Notes under the pieces: model-generated
What the model saw: only the letters and a program-made list of their open reading frames with translations
Database searches by the model: none
Told to the model about the DNA's origin: nothing
Shown here: in pieces, positions 15,377-23,680 of the stretch
Layout of the letters: every line of letters begins with the position of its first letter
How positions within the stretch are numbered: position 1 is the stretch's first letter
Translations under genes and position numbers: made by a program
Assembly (NCBI RefSeq): GCF_015690355.1
Contig: NZ_JADPRT010000006.1
Span: 16,003 to 56,002 of the forward strand
Direction: 5' to 3'
DNA from: Streptacidiphilus fuscans
GTDB taxonomy: Bacteria; Actinomycetota; Actinomycetes; Streptomycetales; Streptomycetaceae
DNA length: 40,000 nt

Positions 15377-16435
15377 ATGCCGACGACCACCACCCCCGTA
15401 ACCGGCGCGTCCTCCACCGGGCTCGACTCCACCAGCGCCGACGAGATCTTCGCGACCGGCCTGCGCAACCAGTGGTACGCCGTGTGCCCCTCCGAATTCG
15501 TCCCCGCGGGCGGGATGCGCCGGGTCACCCGGCTCGGCCGCGACTGGGTGCTCTTCCGCCGCGGCAACGGCACCCTGCACATGCTCGCCGACCGCTGCCC
15601 GCACCGAGGCGCGCGGCTGTCCCAGGGCAAGCACCTGGGCGACCGGATCGCCTGCTGGTACCACGGCGTCCAGGTCGACGGCGGAGGCACCGTCACCTCC
15701 GTGCCGGGCCTGCCCGGTTGCACCCTGGAGGGCCGCACGCTCGTCCAGGCCCCGCCGGTCACCGAGATCGGCGGCGCGATCCTGGCCTACTTCGGCGACA
15801 GCAGGAACCCCGAGCCGTGCGAGCTCACCCTGCCCGAGCCGCTGACCGACCCGGACGTCTCGTCGTTCCTCTGCTACGCCGAGTGGAACGCCAACTGGCG
15901 CTGGGGCATGGAGAATCTGCTCGACCCCATGCACGGTTCGTTCCTGCACCGCGACTCGCACAGCATGTTCGCGGGCGAGACCACCGCCAAGTTCCGGATC
16001 CGGGAGACCGGTCGCGGCTTCTTCTTCGAGAAGACCGACCAGCGCGGCGTCAACTTCGACTGGGTCGAGCTCTGCCGGACCGGCGTCGACTGGGTCGATC
16101 TGGAGATCCCCTACCCGCCGACTGCGGGCCCTGGCGGGCCGTTCGGCATCGTCGGCATGGTCACCCCGATCGACGCGGACCGCAGCGCCGTCTTCTTCTG
16201 GCGCTACCGCAAGGTCCAGGACTGGCAGCGCGACGTGTGGCGCTTCCTCTACCGGACGACGCTGGAGCCGCGCCACTGGGAGGTGCTGGAGCAGGACCGT
16301 CTGGTCCTGGAGGGCCTCCCCGCCGACGCCGACCAGGCGGAGAACCTCTACCAGCACGACCTCGGCGTCGTCCGGGTGCGCCGGATGTACCGCACCGAGG
16401 CCGAGAAGCAGGCCGCTGCCGCCGTCACGCCCTGA
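15377..16435 (+). CDS. Rieske [2Fe-2S] non-haem-iron oxygenase, alpha-only type
   Basis: 352 aa. Rieske motif CPHRGARL...CWYHG. Mononuclear iron motif NLLDPMHGSFLHRDSH. No beta-subunit gene is present. Partner reductase is at 14152. Confidence 0.93.
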   Translation: MPTTTTPVTGASSTGLDSTSADEIFATGLRNQWYAVCPSEFVPAGGMRRVTRLGRDWVLFRRGNGTLHMLADRCPHRGARLSQGKHLGDRIACWYHGVQVDGGGTVTSVPGLPGCTLEGRTLVQAPPVTEIGGAILAYFGDSRNPEPCELTLPEPLTDPDVSSFLCYAEWNANWRWGMENLLDPMHGSFLHRDSHSMFAGETTAKFRIRETGRGFFFEKTDQRGVNFDWVELCRTGVDWVDLEIPYPPTAGPGGPFGIVGMVTPIDADRSAVFFWRYRKVQDWQRDVWRFLYRTTLEPRHWEVLEQDRLVLEGLPADADQAENLYQHDLGVVRVRRMYRTEAEKQAAAAVTP

Positions 16436-16451
16436 CTCCGGGCGGCGGCCG

Positions 16452-16498
16452 AACCGCTGAGCCCCGGACCGATTCCTTCGGTCCGGGGCTCAGCGGTT
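16452..16498. terminator. Perfect 20-bp stem hairpin (bidirectional terminator between convergent Rieske and MarR genes)
   Basis: AACCGCTGAGCCCCGGACCG attcctt CGGTCCGGGGCTCAGCGGTT, followed by TTTC. Confidence 0.8.
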
Positions 16499-16506
16499 TC
16501 CTGTGT

Positions 16507-17067
16507 TCAGTCCTGCGGCTCGGCGGCCTGGTCCGCAGCCGCGTCGAGGGAGGTCTCCAGGCGGGCCAGCAGCGCGGCGAGCAGGCGGCGTTCGTCGCCG
16601 GAGAGCCCGGCCAGCATCCGGCGCTCGTTGTCGAGATGCCGCGCGAAGACCTCGTCGATCAGCGTGAGGCCCTGCTCCGTCAGCCGCGAGTGGACGATGC
16701 GGCGGTCGTTCTCGTCACGCTCACGGACGATCAGTCCGTCCTTCTCCAGCCGGTCGGCGCGCAGCGTCATCCCGGCGGTGGTGATCAACCCGCTGGCCGC
16801 CAACTGGCCCGCCGTCAGCCGGTAGGGCGGGCCCGCGCGGCGCAGCGCGGTCAGCACGTCGAAGCCGGCGATGTTGAGGCCGTACTCCTCCAGCGAGTCG
16901 GTGAGCAGCGACTGGTACCGCGCGAAGGTGCGGTGCAGCCGGGCCATGACCTGCAGCGGTTCGGTGTCCAGCTCCGGGCGCTCGCGCCGCCAGTCCGCGA
17001 CGACCCCGTCGACGGCATCCCCCGTGCCCTCGCCCGTGCTCGCTGCACGGGACCGCGGGTACCCCAT
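16507..17067 (-). CDS. MarR-family transcriptional regulator
   Basis: Track ORF 16507..17112. Winged-HTH core GFDVLTALRRAGPPYRLTAGQLA...TLRADRLEKDGLIVRERDENDRRIV. ATG 17067 is preceded by GGAGG at 6-nt spacing and is preferred over 17112. Confidence 0.88.
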   Translation of the reverse strand: MGYPRSRAASTGEGTGDAVDGVVADWRRERPELDTEPLQVMARLHRTFARYQSLLTDSLEEYGLNIAGFDVLTALRRAGPPYRLTAGQLAASGLITTAGMTLRADRLEKDGLIVRERDENDRRIVHSRLTEQGLTLIDEVFARHLDNERRMLAGLSGDERRLLAALLARLETSLDAAADQAAEPQD

Positions 17068-17267
17068 GTCGGACCTCCTGCCCGGCCGGCTGTCCTGCCC
17101 GCCGCCGGACATGATCCTAACGCGCGCCCCGGCCCGCGTTGGGCCGGTCGGGTGGCGTTCGCGCAGGTGGACGGTGCGGACACGATCCGTTCGCGCCCGG
17201 CGGCTGTAGCTTCCGCCAGGGCGGACAAGAGCTGGTTAAGGAAAGCCTTCAGCTGTTCAACAACATG

Positions 17268-17296
17268 TTGACGCGGCGCGGCGGCACCTCTACCTT
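17268..17296 (+). promoter_or_regulatory. Candidate urease promoter: TTGACG - 17 nt - TACCTT
   Basis: Seen directly in the lower-GC stretch about 100 bp upstream of ureA. The -35 overlaps the palindrome CAACATGTTG (17261-17270). Confidence 0.35.
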
Positions 17297-17305
17297 CCTC
17301 TCAAA

Positions 17306-17321
17306 CGGAAAGAACTTTCCG
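17306..17321. promoter_or_regulatory. Perfect 16-bp palindrome CGGAAAGAACTTTCCG just downstream of the putative -10
   Basis: Seen directly. The position is appropriate for a repressor operator. Confidence 0.4.
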
Positions 17322-17393
17322 TATCGTGGAAGAAAACACCAGGCCGCCCGGCTCCTCGCGCGGCCGTCCCGCGCCCGCAGAAGGAGCGCCCCC

Positions 17394-17699
17394 ATGAACC
17401 TCGCGCCGCGTGAGATCGACAAGCTCTACGTGTACGTGGTGGCCGACCTGGCCCGCCGACGCCGTGACCGCGGTCTCAAGCTCAACTACAGCGAGGCCGT
17501 CGCGCTGATCAGCGAAGGCATCCTGGAGGGCGCCCGCGACGGCCGGACCGTCGCCGAGTGCATGGAGCTCGGCAAGGGCATCGTCGGCTCCGACGAGGTG
17601 ATGCCCGGCGTCCGCGCGATGCTCCCGCTGCTGCAGATCGAGGCCGCCTTCGTCGACGGCACCAAGCTCGTCTCGTGCCACGACCCCATCGGCGCCTGA
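17394..17699 (+). CDS. ureA: Urease gamma subunit
   Basis: 101 aa: [41 protein letters not shown]... AAGGAG RBS at 17381-17386. Confidence 0.95.
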   Translation: MNLAPREIDKLYVYVVADLARRRRDRGLKLNYSEAVALISEGILEGARDGRTVAECMELGKGIVGSDEVMPGVRAMLPLLQIEAAFVDGTKLVSCHDPIGA

Positions 17700-17740
17700 G
17701 CCCTGTCACTCCGTCCTCGGCACGCCGAAAGAGAGCATCC

Positions 17741-18142
17741 ATGTCCGCAGGCAGACCCGCCTATCTCTACGGAGAGGCGCCGGTCGAGATCAACGCCGGC
17801 AGGCCCACCGCGCGCGTGCGCGTGAGCAACACCGGCGACCGGGCCGTCCAGGTCGGCTCGCACTACCACTTCTTCGAGGTCAACCGCGCCCTCGACTTCG
17901 ACCGCGAGCAGGCCTTCGGCATGCATCTCGACCTCCCCGCCGGGACCGCCGTCCGGTTCGAACCGGGCGACACGCGTGAGGTGGACCTGGTCGCGTACGC
18001 AGGGCACCGGCGGCTGGTCGGCTTCAGCGGACTCGTCGACGGCGGCCTCAACTCCGCCGACACGCGCGCCACGGCGCTGCGCCGCGCGGCCGAACGCGGC
18101 TTCCTCGGCGCTCTTCCGGCCGCGAAGGCGGGTGAGCTCTGA
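17741..18142 (+). CDS. ureB: Urease beta subunit
   Basis: 133 aa. [38 protein letters not shown] is a hallmark UreB sequence. Confidence 0.95.
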   Translation: MSAGRPAYLYGEAPVEINAGRPTARVRVSNTGDRAVQVGSHYHFFEVNRALDFDREQAFGMHLDLPAGTAVRFEPGDTREVDLVAYAGHRRLVGFSGLVDGGLNSADTRATALRRAAERGFLGALPAAKAGEL

Positions 18143-19866
18143 TGGCGCTCGTCCCCCGCAGCCAGTACACCGACCTCTTCGGCCCGACCGTCGGCGACCG
18201 GTTCCACCTGGCCGACACCAACCTCGTGGTCGAGGTCGAGAAGGACTTCAACGAGGGCCACTACGGCGACGAGGCCGTCTACGGCGGCGGCAAGGGCATC
18301 CGCGACGGGATGGCCCAGGACCCGGCCGCGACCAACCTCAAGGGCGCGCTCGACCTGGTGATCACCAACGTCGTGGTGCTGGACCCGGTGCTCGGCGTGG
18401 TCAAGGGCGACATCGGCGTCAGGGACGGCTTCATCACCGCCGTCGGCAAGGCCGGGAACCCGCGCCTGCAGAGCGGTGTGCATCCCAAGCTGGTGATCGG
18501 CCCCGGCACCGAGGTGGTCTCCGGTGAACACCTGATCGCCACCGCGGGCGGCGTGGACACGCACATCCACTTCATCGCCCCGCAGCAGGCCCAGGAGGGC
18601 CTGACCAACGGCATCACCACCTTCATCGGCGGCGGCACCGGCCCGACCGACGGCACCAACGGCACCACCTGCACGCCGGGCCCGTGGAACATCGGCCGGA
18701 TGTACCAGGCGGTCGAGGAGATGCCGGTCAACACCGGACTGCTCGGCAAGGGCAACGGCTCGCTGCCGGAGGCGCTGCGCGAGCAGGTCGAGGCGGGCGT
18801 CTGCGGCCTGAAGGTGCACGAGGACTGGGGCGCGACCCCGGCCACCATCGACACCGCGCTGCGCGTGGCCGACGAGTACGACGTCCAGGTCGCCATCCAC
18901 ACCGACACGTTGAACGAGTCCGGCTTCTACGAGGACACCCTGGACGCGATCGACGGCCGCACGATCCACACCTTCCACACCGAGGGCGCGGGCGGCGGCC
19001 ACGCCCCGGACATCATGCGGATCGCGGGCGAGCCCAACGTCCTTCCCTCGTCGACCAATCCGACGCTGCCCTACACCGTCAACTCGATCGACGAGCTGCT
19101 CGACATGGTGATGGTCTGTCACCACCTCAGCCACGACATCCCCGAGGACGTCTCCTTCGCCGACTCCCGGGTCCGGGCGGAGACCGTGGCCGCCGAGACG
19201 GTACTGCACGACGAGGGCGTCATCTCCATCTTCTCGTCCGACTCCCAGGCGATGGGCCGGGTCGGCGAGTCCTTCACCCGCGCGTTCCAGACCGCGCACC
19301 ACTGCAAGGACCAGCGCGGCAAGCTCGACGGCGACAGCGAGCGCAACGACAACCACCGGGTGCTGCGCTACCTGGCCAAGCTGACCATCAACCCGGCCGT
19401 CGCCACCGGCACCGCCGACTGGATCGGCTCGCTGGAGCCCGGCAAGCTCGCGGACATCGTGCTCTGGCCGATCCACTCCTTCGGCGCCAAGCCCAAGTTG
19501 GTCATCAAGGGCGGCATGGTCAACTGGGGCCTGATGGGCGACCCCAACGCGTCGCTGCCGACCACCCAACCCATCTACTACCGCCCGATGTTCGGCGCGA
19601 TGGGCAAGGCCAGGCAGGCGACCCGGGTCTCCTTCATGTCGCAGGCGGCTATCGAGCGCGGTGTTCCGGCCGAACTCGGGCTGGACAGCCGGGTGTTGCC
19701 GGTGCGGGACTGCCGCACGGTCGGCAAGCAGCACATGGTCCGCAACGACGCGCTGCCCAAGATCCAGGTGGACCCGGAGACCTACCAGGTCACCGTGGAC
19801 GGCGAACCCGCCACCATCGAGCCGGCGCGGACGCTTCCGCTCAACCACCTCTTCTACCTCGCATGA
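18142..19866 (+). CDS. ureC: Urease alpha (catalytic) subunit
   Basis: 574 aa. [19 protein letters not shown] (carbamylated Lys), MVCHHL and [10 protein letters not shown]. The start overlaps the ureB stop (TGATG). Confidence 0.98.
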   Translation: MALVPRSQYTDLFGPTVGDRFHLADTNLVVEVEKDFNEGHYGDEAVYGGGKGIRDGMAQDPAATNLKGALDLVITNVVVLDPVLGVVKGDIGVRDGFITAVGKAGNPRLQSGVHPKLVIGPGTEVVSGEHLIATAGGVDTHIHFIAPQQAQEGLTNGITTFIGGGTGPTDGTNGTTCTPGPWNIGRMYQAVEEMPVNTGLLGKGNGSLPEALREQVEAGVCGLKVHEDWGATPATIDTALRVADEYDVQVAIHTDTLNESGFYEDTLDAIDGRTIHTFHTEGAGGGHAPDIMRIAGEPNVLPSSTNPTLPYTVNSIDELLDMVMVCHHLSHDIPEDVSFADSRVRAETVAAETVLHDEGVISIFSSDSQAMGRVGESFTRAFQTAHHCKDQRGKLDGDSERNDNHRVLRYLAKLTINPAVATGTADWIGSLEPGKLADIVLWPIHSFGAKPKLVIKGGMVNWGLMGDPNASLPTTQPIYYRPMFGAMGKARQATRVSFMSQAAIERGVPAELGLDSRVLPVRDCRTVGKQHMVRNDALPKIQVDPETYQVTVDGEPATIEPARTLPLNHLFYLA

Positions 19867-20555
19867 CGACCGCTCTCGACCACCTGCTGGTCAGCCTCCA
19901 GCTCGCCGACTCCGCGTTCCCGAGCGGCCTCTACACGCTCTCGCACGGCCTGGAGGGCTACGTCCAGGCCAAGCGGGTGGACGCCGACTGCATGCCGGTG
20001 CTGCTGGAGGACCTGCTGCGCCACTCCGTCGGCCCGGCGGACGCCACCGCGCTCGCCCTGGCCCACCGCGCGGTCGGCGACGGCGACTGGGACGCGGTGG
20101 TCGAGGTGGACCGGCGACTGCTGGCGAGCAAGCTCAACCGCGAGGCACGCCAGGCCTCGACGCGCACCGGACGCCAGATGCTCGACACCGCCCGACTCGC
20201 CCTCGGCGGGCCGGAGTTGGACCGCTATGCGGAACTGGTCGCGGCCAAGGCCACGCCCGGCTGCCAGCCGGTGGCCGCCGGGGTCGCCTACGCGGCGAGC
20301 GGCGTCCCGGCCGAACAGGCCGTGGCGAGCGATCTGTTCGCCTTCGCCGTCAGCTTCGTCAGCGCCGGGCTGCGGCTGCGGCTGACGGACCACCGTCGGG
20401 CGCAGATCACCCTGCGCGAGCTCGCACCGGTGATCGAGGAGGTCGTAGCGGCGGCGCTGGAACGCGAATTGGCGGATCTGGGCGGCTGCGTCCCGCTCGC
20501 CGACGCGATGTCCGGACGCCACGAACGGGCCGAGGCACGGATGTTCGTCTCGTGA
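19863..20555 (+). CDS. ureF: Urease accessory protein UreF
   Basis: 230 aa. [21 protein letters not shown]-terminus is typical of UreF. ATGA overlap with ureC. Confidence 0.9.
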   Translation: MTTALDHLLVSLQLADSAFPSGLYTLSHGLEGYVQAKRVDADCMPVLLEDLLRHSVGPADATALALAHRAVGDGDWDAVVEVDRRLLASKLNREARQASTRTGRQMLDTARLALGGPELDRYAELVAAKATPGCQPVAAGVAYAASGVPAEQAVASDLFAFAVSFVSAGLRLRLTDHRRAQITLRELAPVIEEVVAAALERELADLGGCVPLADAMSGRHERAEARMFVS

Positions 20556-20605
20556 CCGGCACCCACAGCACAACCCGGCAAGAACAAGCAGAAGGAAGTT
20601 GACAG

Positions 20606-21229
20606 ATGACGGACCACGACGTGCTCCGGGTGGGCATCGCCGGGCCGGTCGGCTCGGGCAAGACGGCGCTGATCGAGGCGTTGGTCCCGGTGCTGATCGC
20701 CCGCGGCCGACGGCCCGCGGTGATCACCAACGACATCTACACCCAGGAGGACGCCGACCACGTCCGCCGCAACCTGGCCGGGGTGCTCGACCCCGAGCGC
20801 GTGGTCGGCGTCGAGACGGGCGCGTGCCCGCACACCGCCGTCCGGGACGACCCGACGATGAACCTGGCCGCCGGTGCCGAACTGCTGGAGCGGTTCCCGG
20901 ATGTCGACACCCTCATCTACGAGTCGGGCGGCGACAACCTGACGCTGACCTTCAGCCCGCTCCTGGTCGACATGTTCTTCTTCGTGCTCGACACCGCCGA
21001 GGGCGAGAAGATGCCGCGCAAGCGCGGTCCGGGCATCACCGACTCGGACGTGCTGGTCATCAACAAGATCGACATCGCCCAGTACGTCCGCACCGACCTC
21101 GGCGTGATGAGCTCCGACGCCGACCGGGTCCGCGAGGGCCGGCCGGTGGTGCTCACCAACAGCCTGACCGGCGAGGGCCTTACCCAGGTCGCGGACCTGC
21201 TGGAGACCTACCGGCGGGTTCCTGCGTGA
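20606..21229 (+). CDS. ureG: Urease accessory GTPase UreG
   Basis: 207 aa. P-loop GPVGSGKT, ETGACPHTAVRDD (CPH Ni site) and INKIDIA. No His-rich N-terminus. Confidence 0.97.
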   Translation: MTDHDVLRVGIAGPVGSGKTALIEALVPVLIARGRRPAVITNDIYTQEDADHVRRNLAGVLDPERVVGVETGACPHTAVRDDPTMNLAAGAELLERFPDVDTLIYESGGDNLTLTFSPLLVDMFFFVLDTAEGEKMPRKRGPGITDSDVLVINKIDIAQYVRTDLGVMSSDADRVREGRPVVLTNSLTGEGLTQVADLLETYRRVPA

Positions 21230-22191
21230 AGACCCTGGCCGCCCGGGCAGGCGAACGTCCCGACCGCCTGACGCCCGCGCACTACGAGCCGTCCCGCGTC
21301 CCCGCCGAGGTGCGGCGGTACGCGGGACGGCCGCAGGCGCTGGGCGTCGGCAAGCCGGGCAAGATCGGGCTGCTGGAGCTGGGCTTCGAACGGATAGGCG
21401 CGCGGACCGAGTTGGTGACGCACTACCAGAAGTCACCGCTTCAGATCATGCGCCCGCTCTACTTCGACCCCGCTCGGCCCGACCTGGCCGTCACGCTGCT
21501 GATGTCCACGGGCGGCGGCATCGTCCAGGCCGACCGGCTGCGGATGGACCTGCACTGCGGCGCGGGCACGGCCGTCCACCTGACCACCCAGGCGGCCACC
21601 AAGATCCACCGGATGGACGCCGACTACGCGACCCAGCAGGTCTTCCTGCACGCCGACGCGGACGCCTACGTCGAGTACCTGCCGGACGCGACCATCCCCT
21701 ACCGCGACTCGCGCTTCTACCAGCGGACCGTGGTCACCGCCGCGCCCTCCGCCACCGTGCTCGCCGGAGAGACCGTGATGGCCGGCCGGCTGGCCCACGG
21801 GGAGCGCAACGCCTACCAGGTCTTCGCCTCCGACCTGGAGTTCCGCCGCCCCGACGGCCGCCTGCTCGCGCTGGACACCCTCCGGCTGACGCCCGGTAGC
21901 GACGGCGGCGGCGTCACCGGACCGGCGGTGCTGGGCGGCCACGACCTGGTCGGGACCTTCTACGCGGTCACCCCGCTGGCCCCCGCCGCCGAGGTCGCCG
22001 ACGCCATGCACGAGGCGCTCCGCGCCTGCGGGCTGCTCTTCGGCGTGAGCGTGCTGCCCGAGGACTGCGGGGCCTGGCTCCGGGTCCTCGGCGGCGACTC
22101 CCCCACCGTCAACGCCGCACTCCGGCAGGCCTGGGACGCCGTCCGCCGCCTGCTGATCGGCGCGCCCGCGCCGGAACTGCGCAAGTCCTGA
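21226..22191 (+). CDS. ureD: Urease accessory protein UreD/UreH
   Basis: 321 aa, GTGA overlap with ureG. TELVTHYQKSPLQIMRPLYFD...LLMSTGGGIVQADRL is typical of UreD. Confidence 0.88.
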   Translation: MKTLAARAGERPDRLTPAHYEPSRVPAEVRRYAGRPQALGVGKPGKIGLLELGFERIGARTELVTHYQKSPLQIMRPLYFDPARPDLAVTLLMSTGGGIVQADRLRMDLHCGAGTAVHLTTQAATKIHRMDADYATQQVFLHADADAYVEYLPDATIPYRDSRFYQRTVVTAAPSATVLAGETVMAGRLAHGERNAYQVFASDLEFRRPDGRLLALDTLRLTPGSDGGGVTGPAVLGGHDLVGTFYAVTPLAPAAEVADAMHEALRACGLLFGVSVLPEDCGAWLRVLGGDSPTVNAALRQAWDAVRRLLIGAPAPELRKS

Positions 22192-22255
22192 CCCCATAGA
22201 CGGCACGACCGTCACCGTGCTGTCCGGCACGGTGCCACCGACCGGAGAGACTCGG

Positions 22256-23680
22256 ATGCCCTCCCACCTCGATACGGGTAACACCGCGTGGCTCATGGCG
22301 AGTACCGCCATGGTCCTGCTGATGACCCCAGGCCTCGCCTTCTTCTACGGCGGCATGGTCAAGACCAAGCACGTGCTGGTCATGCTCAAGATGAGCTTCG
22401 TCTGCCTGGCCCTCGTCACCCTGCTCTGGCTGGCCATCGGCTACAGCCTGGCGTTCGGCAAGGACGTGAACGGCTGGGGCCTGATCGGCACGCCCGCCCA
22501 CTGGATGATGCATGACATAGGTATGACGAGCCTCACCGGCTCCATACCCACCGTCATCTTCTCCGCCTTCCAGATGGCCTTCGCCATCATCACCGTCGCC
22601 CTGATCAGCGGCTCGATCGCGGGCCGCGCCACCATGCGCGGCTGGCTCTGGTTCGTCGTCGCGTGGACGCTCTTCGTCTACGTGCCGATGGCCCACTGGG
22701 TCTTCGCGCCCGACGGCTGGATCACCGCGCACCTGGGTGCGCGCGACTTCGCCGGCGGTATGCCGGTGGAGATCAACTCCGGTGCGGCGGGCCTGGCCGT
22801 CGCGATCGTGGTCCGCAAGCGCAAGGACTTCGAGCGCGAGACCATCCGTCCGCACAACCTGCCGCTGGTCGTCGTCGGCCTGGCGCTGCTCTGGTTCGGC
22901 TGGTTCGGCTTCAACGCGGGCTCCGCGCTGGAGACCGGCGGCACCGCGCCGATGGCGTTCCTCAACACCCAGCTCGCCGCCTGCGGCGCGATGGTCGGCT
23001 GGCCGCTGATCGAGAAGTGGCGGCTCGGCCACGTCGAGATGCTCGGCGTCGCCTCGGCGGCGGTGGCCGGCATGGTCGCGATCACCCCGGCCTGCGGTGA
23101 GGTCTCGCCGATCGGCGCGCTGGTGATCGGCTTCGTCGCGGGCGTGGTCTGCGCCTTCGCGATCAACCTCAAGCTCAAGCTGCGCTACGACGACACGCTC
23201 GACGTGGTCGGCGTCCACGGCTGGGGCGGCGTCGTCGGCGTGCTCGGCATCGGCCTCTTCGCCACGTTCCAGATGAGCGGCAAGAAGGGCCTCTTCTACG
23301 GCGGCGGCCTGGACCTGCTGTGGCGTCAGGCCGTCGGCGTGGTCGTCTGCGCGGCGTTCTCCTTCGGCGTGACCTGGCTGATCGCCAAGGCGATCGAGAA
23401 GACCGTCGGGTTCCGCGCCGCCGAGGAGTACGAGCACGTCCCCGGCGCGGAGGAGGAGCAGGCGTACGACGACGAGACCATCGCCGAGATCCGCGAGCGC
23501 CTGGTCCAGGCCCGCGTGGCCGTCCCGGTCGCGGTCGGCGCGGCGGGCGCGGAAGGCTCGGACACCGACTCTGCGGGCACCGGTTCTTCGGGCACCGGCT
23601 CTGCGGGCACCGGCGGCGTCGACGCCGAGCTGCTGGCCGAGCTGCGCCGGCTGCTGGAGCGCCGGGAGCAGGAGAAGTGA
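22256..23680 (+). CDS. amt: Amt-family ammonium transporter, paralogue 1 (474 aa, long acidic/low-complexity C-terminal tail)
   Basis: DTGNTAWLMASTAMVLLMTPGLAFFYGGMV, DFAGGMPVEINSG, WFGWFGFNAGS and DDTLDVVGVHGWGG. GGAGAG RBS lies before ATG 22256; track ORF 22217 is a likely over-extension. Starts 64 bp after ureD. Confidence 0.95.
   Translation: MPSHLDTGNTAWLMASTAMVLLMTPGLAFFYGGMVKTKHVLVMLKMSFVCLALVTLLWLAIGYSLAFGKDVNGWGLIGTPAHWMMHDIGMTSLTGSIPTVIFSAFQMAFAIITVALISGSIAGRATMRGWLWFVVAWTLFVYVPMAHWVFAPDGWITAHLGARDFAGGMPVEINSGAAGLAVAIVVRKRKDFERETIRPHNLPLVVVGLALLWFGWFGFNAGSALETGGTAPMAFLNTQLAACGAMVGWPLIEKWRLGHVEMLGVASAAVAGMVAITPACGEVSPIGALVIGFVAGVVCAFAINLKLKLRYDDTLDVVGVHGWGGVVGVLGIGLFATFQMSGKKGLFYGGGLDLLWRQAVGVVVCAAFSFGVTWLIAKAIEKTVGFRAAEEYEHVPGAEEEQAYDDETIAEIRERLVQARVAVPVAVGAAGAEGSDTDSAGTGSSGTGSAGTGGVDAELLAELRRLLERREQEK
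23570..23614 (+). repeat. 3 x 15-bp in-frame tandem repeat (TCTGCGGGCACCGGT-like) encoding (S-A/S-G-T-G)x3 in the Amt1 tail
   Basis: Seen directly: tctgcgggcaccggt / tcttcgggcaccggc / tctgcgggcaccggc. Confidence 0.8.

Noticed and set aside
17230-17340. Attempt to identify a GlnR box (gTnAc-n6-GaAAc) upstream of ureA
   Set aside because: Only partial matches were found (e.g. GTATC-n6-GAAAA at 17321-17336, and GTTAA/GTTCA/GTTGA words with irregular spacing). They are not convincing without a position weight matrix scan.
17863-19848. 661-aa minus-strand ORF antisense to ureC
   Set aside because: Shadow ORF. ureC on the plus strand is unambiguous.
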